A stretch of 64,000 nt of DNA from an uncultured bacterium (GTDB lineage: Bacteria > AUK180). The notes below the pieces were generated by a model. The model was not told the origin of the DNA and did not search any database. It was given only the letters and a program-made list of their open reading frames with translations. The stretch spans positions 62,001 to 126,000 of the forward strand of contig CALMGJ010000011.1 of assembly GCA_937863565.1 (NCBI GenBank), given 5' to 3'. Shown here one piece after another: positions 19,247 through 29,451 of the stretch. The position numbers were made by a program, and so were the translations under genes. Position 1 is the stretch's first letter. Each line of letters starts with the position of its first letter.

Positions 19247-20386
19247 TCACCCGAGTTCATTGAGCGCCCTGAGCGCCGCAACCGTTCTATCCGCTTCATG
19301 TACCCGGAGAATGTCCACCTTCTTCAAAGCAAGATAGGCAGAGAGCCCGAGCGTGGCATCGATACGCATGCCGTTATAGTCTTTTCCCAGCACATTTTTC
19401 AAGAATGATTTATTAGAGTGGCCGACCAGGACCCTTGCTCCGAAACCCCTGAACGAGTCTATCTGTTTAAGGATCGCGATATTGTCCTCGAATCTTTTGC
19501 CAAAGCCTATACCCGGATCGAGGATCACGCGGCTTTCGGGGATATTCTTTTTCGCAAGTGCTTCGAGGCGGCTTTCGAAGAAATCCATTATCTCGGATAC
19601 GACATCTTCGTAGACTGGATTATCCTGCATTGTTTTCGGCGTACCCTTCATATGCATCAGCACCATATCGTGCGCCGTTGTGGAAAGAAGCTCTATGAAA
19701 CGATGGTCGGCAAGGCCGCTTATGTCGTTAATGATATCCACCTTGTCCAGAAAATTCTCGAAGACCTCGAATTTGGATGTGTCGAGCGAGATCTTCTTTT
19801 CCGTTCTGATGTTCCCGAAGAAAAGCTCCAAACGCGCGATCTCCTCTTTAGCCGGAACGGGATCTGAACCGGGGCGTGAAGATTCTGCACCTACGTCTAT
19901 TATATCGGAATGCATTTCAAGCTCGGCTACTCGGGCGGCGACAGTTGTTTTATCAAAGCTTTTTCCCCCGTCATAAAAGGAATCCGGCGTAATATTGAGA
20001 ATACCCATTATCTTTGTCCCTTCGGAAGGGGCCAAACAGTTCTTCACGGCCTTTTCGATCTCTATCCCGAGTTTTTTAAGTCCGAACGGCTGATCTGCAA
20101 GTTTTGCCGCAAGTTTCGAATACTGGGTGGGATTCCCGAGAAGAAGCGCGCAATCATTTTCTTTTCTTTCCATGATGGCGGAAGCGGGGATAGCCGCATC
20201 TGCGCCAAGCGACAGCATTTCCTGTTTCAGAATGAGACATACATGCGTGGGCACTTCTGTTAAATAGACGGGAACGGTTTGCGTCTTCGATGCCAGGTAA
20301 GCGGAAACGACACCGTCGACATTAATTTTCCGCGCCAGCAACTCTTCGAAAAAACCGGGCTGACCGGAAAGAACACGGAATTTCAT
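19247..20386 (-). CDS. folP: Dihydropteroate synthase with N-terminal extension
   Basis: IMGILNITPDSFYDGG, DVGAESSRPG, ILDPGIGFGK, LRVHE. Confidence 0.95.
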   Translation of the reverse strand: MKFRVLSGQPGFFEELLARKINVDGVVSAYLASKTQTVPVYLTEVPTHVCLILKQEMLSLGADAAIPASAIMERKENDCALLLGNPTQYSKLAAKLADQPFGLKKLGIEIEKAVKNCLAPSEGTKIMGILNITPDSFYDGGKSFDKTTVAARVAELEMHSDIIDVGAESSRPGSDPVPAKEEIARLELFFGNIRTEKKISLDTSKFEVFENFLDKVDIINDISGLADHRFIELLSTTAHDMVLMHMKGTPKTMQDNPVYEDVVSEIMDFFESRLEALAKKNIPESRVILDPGIGFGKRFEDNIAILKQIDSFRGFGARVLVGHSNKSFLKNVLGKDYNGMRIDATLGLSAYLALKKVDILRVHEADRTVAALRALNELG

Positions 20387-21351
20387 AGTGCAAGGTATTC
20401 TATAGTCTTGATATCATTGCTGAAATCCTTGGGTTTCAGCCTCTTTACGGAAGAGAAAGGAATACCTACGCATTCCTCCTTATGAAAACCGCAGAGAATA
20501 TTATAGATGCCTTTATCGAAAGATTCCACGGCATACCGTGCAAGCCGCGAAGCCATGATCCTGTCGAAAGAAGTGGGGGAGCCGCCTCTCTGAAGATGTC
20601 CGAGGATCACTATCCTTACATCGTAAGGTATCTTCCCCTGAAGACCGGCTTTAAGGTCCTCCACAGAACCCGCGCCTTCGGCGACGATAATGATCGTATT
20701 TTTCTTCCCCATTTTTTTTCTCGTCTTTATAAAACTGACAAGTTTCCGGATATCGAATTTTCTCTCGGGGATAATCGCAGCGTCCGCGCCGCCGGAGATC
20801 GCGCTCATCATGGCGAGATAACCCGAATCCCTTCCCATTACCTCTATCAGGAAGGCCCTCTCATGCGAGGAAGCGGTGTCCTTGATCTTATCGACAGCGT
20901 CTAGTATGGTGTTCAGAGCCGTATCTGAACCGATGCTGTACGAAGAGCCGGGCAGGTCATTGTCTATCGAACCGGGAAGGACTATGCTGCGCGTTCCGCA
21001 ACGCGCCAGGTCGATCGCCCCCTTGAGCGATCCGTTGCCGCCGATGACATAGATAACATCAAAACCGTATTTTTTCACCTTTGCGGACATTTTCTTTACG
21101 GTTTCGAACTGCAGAAGATCGGGGAATCGCGATGTTCCGAGTATCGTTCCTCCCATATTGATTGTGCCGCCGACATCCTTTGTCGTGATCTCTCTGTAAT
21201 CTCCGTTCCATAAGCCCTGATACCCGTGGTTGATCCCGTATACCCTGTGTCCGAAACAGGCAGATACGCGGACAAGCGCGCGGATAGCGGCGTTCATACC
21301 GGGAGCATCGCCGCCGCTCGTGAGGATCCCCGCTTTTAGAACCTTACTCAT
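20383..21351 (-). CDS. pfkA: ATP-dependent 6-phosphofructokinase
   Basis: LTSGGDAPGMNAAIR, GGTILGTSR, IDND, EVMGR, LGHLQRGGSP. Confidence 0.96.
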   Translation of the reverse strand: MSKVLKAGILTSGGDAPGMNAAIRALVRVSACFGHRVYGINHGYQGLWNGDYREITTKDVGGTINMGGTILGTSRFPDLLQFETVKKMSAKVKKYGFDVIYVIGGNGSLKGAIDLARCGTRSIVLPGSIDNDLPGSSYSIGSDTALNTILDAVDKIKDTASSHERAFLIEVMGRDSGYLAMMSAISGGADAAIIPERKFDIRKLVSFIKTRKKMGKKNTIIIVAEGAGSVEDLKAGLQGKIPYDVRIVILGHLQRGGSPTSFDRIMASRLARYAVESFDKGIYNILCGFHKEECVGIPFSSVKRLKPKDFSNDIKTIEYLAL

Positions 21352-22300
21352 TGTATACCCCCATCTTTCTGAATTTATTGAATCTTTTCTTCGTAAGGAT
21401 ATTCGGCGGCAATTTCATTAAAGCGCCTAATTCCTCTATCAAAGCCGATTTAACGGATGCAAATATCTCGTGCGGATTATTGTGGGCACCGCCGATCGGT
21501 TCTTCAATGATCCTGTCTATGATACCGAAATGAATAAGGTCCGATGATGTCAATTTCAGGGATTTTGCGGAGGTCTCCGCCTTCGAGGCGTCCCTGAACA
21601 GGATCGAGGCGCAGCCTTCCGGAGAAATGACTGAATAGGTCGAGTATTGAAGCATGAGTATCCTGTCCGTAACGCCTATGCCCAGCGCTCCGCCCGAGCC
21701 GCCTTCACCGATCACGATAGAAACGGACGGCGTCCGCAGAACGGACATCTCCCTGAGGTTTCTGGCGATCGCTTCGGCCTGGCCCCTTTCTTCCGCGCCG
21801 AGTCCCGGATAGGCGCCTGAAGTATCGATCAGGCAAAGGACTGGAAGTTTGAATTTCTCCGCCATTTTCATCAATCGAAGAGCTTTCCTATAGCCTTCGG
21901 GATGGGCCATTCCGAAATTCCTGTAGATCTTCTCATCGGTCCCTCTTCCTTTTTCCTGGCCTATCACCATGAGCTTGATGCCGCCGACTTCCAGAAGACC
22001 GCCTATAAGCGCGGTGTCATCCTTGAACCCTCTGTCGCCGTGAAGCTCTATGAAATTATCCCCGATATTATTGATATAGTCCATGGCATAAGGACGCTGC
22101 GGGTGCCTGGAGATCATCACGATATCCCATGCCGAAAGGTTCTTGTATGTGGATTCGATGAGAGCGGAGAGCTTCTTTTCAAGCCTCGCGATCTTCGCCT
22201 TCCCGGAGGGAAGCTCCGCGTCCGCGGCCGAGCGCATCTCGTTTATCATTTTTTTAAGCTCATTGATCGGTTTTTCAAAAGGCAGTTCATTGAATGCCAT
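21344..22300 (-). CDS. accA: Acetyl-CoA carboxylase carboxyltransferase alpha subunit
   Basis: ELHGDR, PEGYRKALRLM, GAEERGQAEAIA, GEGGSGGAL, YSVISPEGCASIL. Confidence 0.97.
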   Translation of the reverse strand: MAFNELPFEKPINELKKMINEMRSAADAELPSGKAKIARLEKKLSALIESTYKNLSAWDIVMISRHPQRPYAMDYINNIGDNFIELHGDRGFKDDTALIGGLLEVGGIKLMVIGQEKGRGTDEKIYRNFGMAHPEGYRKALRLMKMAEKFKLPVLCLIDTSGAYPGLGAEERGQAEAIARNLREMSVLRTPSVSIVIGEGGSGGALGIGVTDRILMLQYSTYSVISPEGCASILFRDASKAETSAKSLKLTSSDLIHFGIIDRIIEEPIGGAHNNPHEIFASVKSALIEELGALMKLPPNILTKKRFNKFRKMGVYNE

Positions 22301-22309
22301 TTTTGCCTC

Positions 22310-23035
22310 CTAAAGCCACCTGTTGAAGGTCACGTAGAAATACCTGTAGAATGCGCCGTTATTATCGAACAGGAATTGGAAGCCCATGCTCCACATCCTG
22401 TTGAGATTGATCTGCACACCGGGACCGCCCTGGAGGAACTCGGCGTTCTTGAACGGCTGGCCGTCATTGAGAAATACTCCGAAGAAATCATCAAGGATGA
22501 GGTTCACGGTGAAAAGCTTTGTCAGATAAAAATTCCCGCAGAAATAGAACCCGATATAATTATCCGCAATGAAAGGAGAGTGAAAGCCTAATGTCGCGCT
22601 GCCGTATTCCTTCGCATTATCCTTGAAATATTTCGTGAAAGAAAGGAACAGTCCGCGCTGTGAATCGTCGAGTGGATATGCCGGCAGCGGGTCTTTTCCG
22701 TCCCAGCCGATTTTCATATAGAACGGAAGACCCATTTTGGGATTGACGAGCTGCACTGCGACATACGGTCTTGGGACATCCAGACTTATCGTATCGTTCC
22801 CTATCAGGCCTCCGATGAGGAATGAGGCACCTATCTCGAATATCTCGAAAAACCCTATGTCCACTTCCAGACGAAGGTCGCCCGATGCTTCGAATTGCAG
22901 CTGTGAATAGAATTCCGAATTGCCGAGAACAAGCCCCGTGGGCGGATTTATTATCTTGAAATCCGGCACGCCGAAAACGGCCGCGCTAAGAGAAATTAAT
23001 ACGCAGAGTGCTAAAATTTTCTTTGAATTCTTCAT
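22310..23035 (-). CDS. Putative outer-membrane beta-barrel protein (YjbH-like N-terminus)
   Basis: Signal peptide, alternating aromatic/hydrophobic strands, C-terminal YVTFNRWL; GGGAG RBS inside the dnaE 3' end. Confidence 0.6.
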   Translation of the reverse strand: MKNSKKILALCVLISLSAAVFGVPDFKIINPPTGLVLGNSEFYSQLQFEASGDLRLEVDIGFFEIFEIGASFLIGGLIGNDTISLDVPRPYVAVQLVNPKMGLPFYMKIGWDGKDPLPAYPLDDSQRGLFLSFTKYFKDNAKEYGSATLGFHSPFIADNYIGFYFCGNFYLTKLFTVNLILDDFFGVFLNDGQPFKNAEFLQGGPGVQINLNRMWSMGFQFLFDNNGAFYRYFYVTFNRWL

Positions 23036-26000
23036 ACATCTCCCTGTTGATTTTTATACTGAACTTTTCATCCGGGTCCAAAGCTATGTTCCCGTAGAAC
23101 GGAACGTCCTCGATCATGATCCGCATAGAGGAGTGTCCCTGATGTTTTTCAAAAAAGAGCTTAAGCGGATAGATCATCTTCACGAAATCCTTGATTTCCG
23201 GGTGGGGCACTTTGATCGTCATTTCAGTGCAGAACATCTTCCATGCATCATCGGAGTTCATATGGGATTCAAGGGCGAGCTCTCCTTCCGAAACACCTTT
23301 TTTTACTTTGAAAAGGAGCGGCATATAAATGCGCTTCTCAAGCTGCTTTTCGCAGTCTTCCTTTCCATGCTCGGATAATTCGGTGTATTTTTTACTGTAG
23401 ACATTGCATATAACGGTTCCGGAAAGGTCTTCTATGATCATCTGAAGATATTTGCTTTTGCTCTGTTTAGTGAATTTGGGGATTATCTTCGTGATCACAC
23501 CCAGAATAAGCCTCGCCTCGCCATCCGGCATCTCCCTTGTTCCCGCAATATCGGTTACATTGAATATTTCGTAATAATGCGTATATCCGGATATGGGGTG
23601 CGAGGAAAAATAATACCCCAGATATTCTTTTTCGTACTTTAGTTTCTCGTTCTTCTCGTATTCGTCAGTTGCTTTGAGTTTTTTTAGGCCTTCGTATATA
23701 TCAATGTTCGACGCTGCGGCGAACAGATTGCCCTGCGGGTTTAGTTTATCCTCTTTCGTTTTTTTACCGTATTCGAGTATCCGTTCAAGCGCGTCGTGCA
23801 GCTGGGCACGGTTGGGATGCATGGTGTCGAACGCTCCCACTCTGATCAGAGCCTCCAGAGTGGATTTATTGAGATTGTCGTGGGGTATCCTCTTACTGAA
23901 ACCGAAGATGTCCTTGAACAGCCCGTTCTTCTCCCTTTCTTCGATCATATCGGTTATACATTTGGAATTCACAGATTTGATGTGCTGCAACCCGTACCTG
24001 ATATCGCCGCTTTCCGGACTGAACTCCGCATAACTGCTGTTGGCATCCGGCGGCAGGATCTTGATGCCGTATTTTGCCGCATTTTCGTAGTACTCCTTTT
24101 TTTTATCGAAGTTTTCCTCGTTATTGATGAGAGCCGTGAAGTACTCCACCGGATATTTTGTTTTAAGATATGCCGTTTGATAGCTCAAATAAGCATATGC
24201 GGTGGAATGCGATTTATTAAAGGCGTATTCCGCGAATTTCTCTATCTGGTCCCAGAGGGCGAGCACGGCTCTTTCGGCGGCACCTTTCTTCATTGCGCCC
24301 TTGATGAACTGCTCCTTCATCTTAAGCATCGTATCGCTCTTTTTCTTAGCAACGGCTTTCCTCAGGATATCGGCCTCGGCCGGCGTAAAGCCGCAGACCT
24401 TTTCGGCGATCTTCATGATATGTTCCTGGTATATCATCGTCCCGTAGGCGTCATCAAGGATCTCTCCGGTATCGAAGGGGATAGCCGCTTTCACTTCATC
24501 CTTCTTCCCCTGCTCCCATTTTTCTTTATTATCGATGTACTGGTCCACAAGGCCGGCTTTAAGGGGGCCGGGGCGGAACAGGGAAATGGCGGGAATAAGG
24601 TCCTCAATACAGCGCGGGGAAAGCTTTTTAATCATGGCGCCCATGCCCGAGGAACTTTCAAGCTGGAATATTCCCTGAAGGTCGCCGCTGGAGATCGTTT
24701 CGTAAACGTCGGGATCGTCCATAGGTATACTGTCTATCGAGAAATCAGGTTTTTTCCTGCGGATCAATTCAACGGCGGCATTTATCGATGTGAGCGTCTT
24801 GAGCCCCAGTATATCCCATTTAACAAGACGGCAACGCTCGATATCCTCCATTTCGAACTGCGAGACCAGACCGGAGTCCGCAGTGCTCATGAGCGGTATG
24901 TATTCCCAAAGCGGTTGATCCGATATTACTATGCCGCTCGCATGGGTCGATACGTTCCGTATCCTGTTGTTCAGTTTTTCGGCAGCTCTTTGCCATATCT
25001 TGAACACGGCAGTTTCATTGAATATCTGATGAAGCGCCGGTTCTATGTTCATCGCTTCCTCGATCGTATCCGCGTTAGATGCGTCGAAAAGCTTTACGGC
25101 CTCGTTCACTTTGAAAAGAGGGATACCGAGCACCCGGGCCGTATCGCGCAGAACGCCTTTTGTTTTCAGGAACTGAAAGGTGACGATCTGACAGACACGC
25201 TGATCCTCCAGCTTCGTATTGTTCCGGTTATATTTCATTTTAATATAATCTATGAGCTTATCTCTTTGTGATTTACAGATATCCATGTCGACATCGGGGA
25301 TATTCGTTCTTTCGGGATTAAGGAACCTCTCGAAAAGAAGGTTGTGTTTCATCGGATCGACCTTGATGATCTCGCTAAGATACGCCACGAGTGACCCGAC
25401 CACGGAGCCTCTTCCCGGCCCCGTAGGGATGCCGTTATCATGGCAGTATTTAATGAAATCCCTTACGATCAGGAAATACTGTGCGAAATTCTTGTCGGCA
25501 ATGATATTGAACTCGTATTCGAACCGGGTTTTTATCTTTTTCTTCTCCGCTGCCGGGGACGATGAGAAGTATCTTCCGAAATTCTCTTCGCAAATACCCC
25601 TGAGCAGGTCGGCATAGATCTGTTTTTTTTCTCCCGAAGCATCTTCTCGCGGAAGATCGTACTGCGGCATCGCCCAGCCGGGTATGAATTCGATTACGAG
25701 TTCGCATTTATCGGCTATCAGTCCGGCATTATCGACCGCTTCGGGGAATAGCGGGAAAAGCGCCTTCATCTCCTGTTCGGTCTTAACGTAGAATTCAAAA
25801 TTGTCGGCCAAGGCTTTCGGATAGTTCTTGATTGCTTTCATCACATCCTCTTCCGAGGCATTGGGACCAAGGCCGGAGATCTCGTCCCCCATTGTTTCCT
25901 GGAACTGCAATGCCAAAAGGATATTATGGAATGCGCCGTCATTCTTTGTCAGATAATGGGCATCGTTCGTGGCGACCATGGGGATACCCAGCGTCTTCGA

Positions 26001-26579
26001 AATTCCGGGGATCTCCTTGAGCACTTTTTTCTCTTCCGGCAATGAATGGTCCATTATCTCAAGATAAAGGTCCTTACCGAATACCGGGAGGAATTTTCCC
26101 CTTAAGATCCCGTGAAGTTCTTCGATCCTGTCGGTAAGGATGAGCTTTCCCGCGATACCGCCCAGGCAGCCGGTCATGCAGATCAGGCCTTCGCTGTATT
26201 GAACCAGATTCTCCCACAGGATGCGCGGTTTATAATAGAAATATCTTTTATCGTCCTTCTGATATGACAGGGAGGATAGTTTCATAAGATTCCGATATCC
26301 CTTATAGTTCTTCGCCAGAAGGGTGATATGAAAATTGTTTATATCCTCTGCCACGATAAGATCAAGCGGATTTAAATAGAATTCGCTGCCGATGATCGGT
26401 TTAAGTCCCGCCGCACGCATCTTCTCGTAGAATTCAAGCACGCCATGCATATTGCCATGGTCCGTGATGGCGCATGATCCGAACTTCTTCTCCACAAGAT
26501 ATTTGACAAGGTCATCTATTTTAATGGCCCCGTCCAGAAGCGAATATTCCGTATGAAGATGAAGATGCGTAAATCCCAT
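22986..26579 (-). CDS. dnaE: DNA polymerase III alpha subunit
   Basis: HLHLHTEYSLLDGA, GPGRGS, LLFERFLNPER, PDVDMD, YAFNKSHS. Confidence 0.97.
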   Translation of the reverse strand: MGFTHLHLHTEYSLLDGAIKIDDLVKYLVEKKFGSCAITDHGNMHGVLEFYEKMRAAGLKPIIGSEFYLNPLDLIVAEDINNFHITLLAKNYKGYRNLMKLSSLSYQKDDKRYFYYKPRILWENLVQYSEGLICMTGCLGGIAGKLILTDRIEELHGILRGKFLPVFGKDLYLEIMDHSLPEEKKVLKEIPGISKTLGIPMVATNDAHYLTKNDGAFHNILLALQFQETMGDEISGLGPNASEEDVMKAIKNYPKALADNFEFYVKTEQEMKALFPLFPEAVDNAGLIADKCELVIEFIPGWAMPQYDLPREDASGEKKQIYADLLRGICEENFGRYFSSSPAAEKKKIKTRFEYEFNIIADKNFAQYFLIVRDFIKYCHDNGIPTGPGRGSVVGSLVAYLSEIIKVDPMKHNLLFERFLNPERTNIPDVDMDICKSQRDKLIDYIKMKYNRNNTKLEDQRVCQIVTFQFLKTKGVLRDTARVLGIPLFKVNEAVKLFDASNADTIEEAMNIEPALHQIFNETAVFKIWQRAAEKLNNRIRNVSTHASGIVISDQPLWEYIPLMSTADSGLVSQFEMEDIERCRLVKWDILGLKTLTSINAAVELIRRKKPDFSIDSIPMDDPDVYETISSGDLQGIFQLESSSGMGAMIKKLSPRCIEDLIPAISLFRPGPLKAGLVDQYIDNKEKWEQGKKDEVKAAIPFDTGEILDDAYGTMIYQEHIMKIAEKVCGFTPAEADILRKAVAKKKSDTMLKMKEQFIKGAMKKGAAERAVLALWDQIEKFAEYAFNKSHSTAYAYLSYQTAYLKTKYPVEYFTALINNEENFDKKKEYYENAAKYGIKILPPDANSSYAEFSPESGDIRYGLQHIKSVNSKCITDMIEEREKNGLFKDIFGFSKRIPHDNLNKSTLEALIRVGAFDTMHPNRAQLHDALERILEYGKKTKEDKLNPQGNLFAAASNIDIYEGLKKLKATDEYEKNEKLKYEKEYLGYYFSSHPISGYTHYYEIFNVTDIAGTREMPDGEARLILGVITKIIPKFTKQSKSKYLQMIIEDLSGTVICNVYSKKYTELSEHGKEDCEKQLEKRIYMPLLFKVKKGVSEGELALESHMNSDDAWKMFCTEMTIKVPHPEIKDFVKMIYPLKLFFEKHQGHSSMRIMIEDVPFYGNIALDPDEKFSIKINREMYEEFKENFSTLRINFS

Positions 26580-27620
26580 TTACTGTCTTGGCGTTACATT
26601 AAGCGGTATCTTGATCGGTTCCAGGCCCGGCATATCCGTCTCAATCGTGATAGTTCCCCTTATCGGTTTTTGGACCGGCTTATCGGAATACACATTGAGA
26701 TTGTACATGGTCCCCTTTGTCACCGTGAACAATTTATATTTAATGTCGGACGGTTCATGAGTGAAAATATCCACTCTTGTTATCGAAACGGGGATCTTTG
26801 AATTTATCGTTATAGAACCGTTCATCGGGTCTCCCTGTTTGATCACCATATTAAGGTTCATGGGGTCGTATTTGATCGCACCGCCGAAAGTGCCGCGGAT
26901 ACCGATCGTAACATTGTTGAGTTTGGGATTATCCGTCTTTATCCGGATCGCTCCATTGAAACTCCGTCTTCCCTTTTCCTGACATTGTATCGTGAAAATA
27001 AGGCGATAGCTCGAGTATTCGGGTTTTGAGATATCCTCGATCTTGTATTCCACGAAATCGATATCCTTCGGGAATTCGACCGATTCTATACGGAAGTGCT
27101 TTTCCGAAATACCCATAATGGTAACTTCCCGTACGACGCCGGACCCGTATTCAAGAAGCCCGGCATCGATGTATTTCGGGGTTATTTTAACGGGTACTAA
27201 TATAAATGCCTTTATGGTGAGGACGATCTCGGGTTTCAGGGGATCATTGCTTTTCACTTTGATGGTCTTCGCCACCTGCGCCTCAAAGCCCGAGGGATTG
27301 AAACTTGCCGTGATCACGCCCTCTTCCCCGGGCTTGTATTCGAGCTTCGAGAGTTTGGCCGCCGTGCATCCGCAGGAGGCTCTTACTTCCGTTATTTTTA
27401 AAAGTTCTTTTCCCGTATTCTTGAACTTGAAATCATAGCGCACGCCGTCGGTCTGCTTGATCTCCCCGAAATCATGCTCTGTCTTTTCGAATTTAAGGAT
27501 CGGAGCCTTGCTGATAAGGTCTTTGCCCGTTTTCGTCAATCCGCTCTTCCCTGATGTCTCACCTTTCTGACATGACAGAATAAGAAGGATCAGAACCGCA
27601 TAAAAGATACCTTTTTTCAT
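26580..27620 (-). CDS. DUF1573-domain lipoprotein (Ig-like)
   Basis: Lipobox ILSC; HDFGEI...FKFKNTG...ASCGCT...PGE signature. Confidence 0.8.
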   Translation of the reverse strand: MKKGIFYAVLILLILSCQKGETSGKSGLTKTGKDLISKAPILKFEKTEHDFGEIKQTDGVRYDFKFKNTGKELLKITEVRASCGCTAAKLSKLEYKPGEEGVITASFNPSGFEAQVAKTIKVKSNDPLKPEIVLTIKAFILVPVKITPKYIDAGLLEYGSGVVREVTIMGISEKHFRIESVEFPKDIDFVEYKIEDISKPEYSSYRLIFTIQCQEKGRRSFNGAIRIKTDNPKLNNVTIGIRGTFGGAIKYDPMNLNMVIKQGDPMNGSITINSKIPVSITRVDIFTHEPSDIKYKLFTVTKGTMYNLNVYSDKPVQKPIRGTITIETDMPGLEPIKIPLNVTPRQ

Positions 27621-28828
27621 TTTGACCTCCCCTGCAGAAGCTCGAACGTGTCCCGCGCTATGGCGAGCTCTTCATTCGTCGGTATCACGATGGTCTTCAC
27701 CGAGGCGCCTTCTGCGGATATATCTGTATAATCTTGTTTTCTTATTACTTCGTTATTGAGTTCTTTGTTTATCCCGAACCCGAGGCCGCCTAAAAAATCG
27801 GCCGCTATCTCCCTGAGCGGAGGGGTGTTCTCGCCTACACCCGCGGTATAGATCAGGGCATCAGCGCCTCCCATCGCGGCCATATAAGCGCCGATGTATT
27901 TTACGATCCTGTAGGCGTACATCGTAAGAACGAGTTTTGCAAGTGCATCGCCTTTAAAGTATTCCTCTTCTATGATCCGCATATCATTGCTCTTCTCGAA
28001 AAGTCCTATAAGTCCTGATTTCTTGTTCAGCAGCCGGTCTATCTCCTCGCAATCGATGTGTTCATTCCTCTGGAGGAACACCGTTATCGCGGGGTCGAGA
28101 TCTCCCGAGCGCGTTCCCATTATCAAACCTTCCAGGGGCGTGAAACCCATGGAAGTATCTACGGACCTTCCGCGGTCGACGGCGGTTATGCTTGCTCCGT
28201 TCCCAAGATGGGCGGTTATCAGTTTCAATTCCGAAAGCGGTTTTTTCAGTATATCCCCGGCGCGGTGCGCGACAAATTTATGAGATGTACCGTGAAACCC
28301 GAACCTTCTTATTTTATATTTTTCATAATAGGATTTAGGGATGGCATACAAATAGGCATAGTCCGGCATGCTCTGGTGGAATGCCGTATCGAATACTGCG
28401 GATTGCGGTATGCCCGGCACCGTTTCGCGGCAGGCCAGGATCCCCTTTAGGTTCGCGGGGTTATGCAGGGGCGCCAGAGGGATATTGTCCTCTATGGCTG
28501 TTATAACGGCATCTGTAATCAACACGGAGGCTGAATATGTCTCTCCTCCGTGAACGACGCGGTGGCCTATGGCGCTGATCTCCTTCACCGATTTCATTAC
28601 GCTCAATTCGGGATCGGTAAGAAGCGCTAAGACCTCTTTGATCCCTTCCGTATGGTCGGCCACGGGCCTTTCGTGGCGTTTTTTCTTCTCTCCTGTCTTC
28701 CCTTCAATAATGGACATGGGTTCGCCGATGCGTTCCACAATCCCCTTCACGAGCATCTTCTCTTCAGGCATCTTCAATACTTGGAATTTGATCGAGGAAC
28801 TGCCGCAGTTAAGAACAAGAACATTCAT
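27617..28828 (-). CDS. ackA: Acetate kinase
   Basis: LVLNCGSSSIKF, GHRVVHGG, LAPLHNP, GFHGTSH, TNEE. Confidence 0.97.
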   Translation of the reverse strand: MNVLVLNCGSSSIKFQVLKMPEEKMLVKGIVERIGEPMSIIEGKTGEKKKRHERPVADHTEGIKEVLALLTDPELSVMKSVKEISAIGHRVVHGGETYSASVLITDAVITAIEDNIPLAPLHNPANLKGILACRETVPGIPQSAVFDTAFHQSMPDYAYLYAIPKSYYEKYKIRRFGFHGTSHKFVAHRAGDILKKPLSELKLITAHLGNGASITAVDRGRSVDTSMGFTPLEGLIMGTRSGDLDPAITVFLQRNEHIDCEEIDRLLNKKSGLIGLFEKSNDMRIIEEEYFKGDALAKLVLTMYAYRIVKYIGAYMAAMGGADALIYTAGVGENTPPLREIAADFLGGLGFGINKELNNEVIRKQDYTDISAEGASVKTIVIPTNEELAIARDTFELLQGRSK

Positions 28829-29451
28829 TATGATTCTCCTTTTTTCAAAGCTTTTTTCCCGGGGTCGATGGCCAGGTCATAGAAAACATTGGGACACTCC
28901 TTCCTCAGGATCTCCAGCATCTCGATGCACATATCCCTTATCTCCCATTGCGCCTTGATATCGCAGCGCAATTCGAAAATACGCCTGTATTCCCTCAGGT
29001 TCGCCGTGATCACTATTTCCGTATTGACCGCATTCGGCAGAAGATATCTCGCATCTTCCTTCCTTATATCCATCCCCCTGAGTTTTATATAAGCCGTTTT
29101 CATCTGTTCCATTGTATTAAGAAAGATCTTCTTCGCTTCCGGGTTCTTATCTATCGAATCCGGCACGGTATAGATGAAATTTTTCTCATCAACATAGCGC
29201 TGCGACTGCTGCGTGAAGGAGGCCAGCCTGTGTCTTACGAATTGATGCGACGTTGCGCGGGAGACCCCTTTTATCCTGAATGTCGCATAGGCATGTTCCA
29301 GCACTGAATGATGGCCGTTCTTCACCAGTGTTCTTATAAAAGAGGAATTCTGCGATTCCTTCATCTTATCGAACGAGAGATACGATGTGCGCGCGCAATC
29401 CTCGATCATCTTCTCAGCATTCGGCGTAAGAAACAGTAATTTTACTTCCAT
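28828..29451 (-). CDS. thyX: FAD-dependent thymidylate synthase
   Basis: GHHSVLEH, RHRLASFTQQSQRY ThyX motif, EDARYLLP, AQWEIR. Confidence 0.96.
   Translation of the reverse strand: MEVKLLFLTPNAEKMIEDCARTSYLSFDKMKESQNSSFIRTLVKNGHHSVLEHAYATFRIKGVSRATSHQFVRHRLASFTQQSQRYVDEKNFIYTVPDSIDKNPEAKKIFLNTMEQMKTAYIKLRGMDIRKEDARYLLPNAVNTEIVITANLREYRRIFELRCDIKAQWEIRDMCIEMLEILRKECPNVFYDLAIDPGKKALKKGES

Noticed and set aside
20950-21050. PfkA variants GGNGS and PGSIDND
   Set aside because: Conservative substitutions; Gly at the ATP-specificity position is retained
22986-26579. Intein in DnaE
   Set aside because: Normal length; no splice-junction or LAGLIDADG motifs seen
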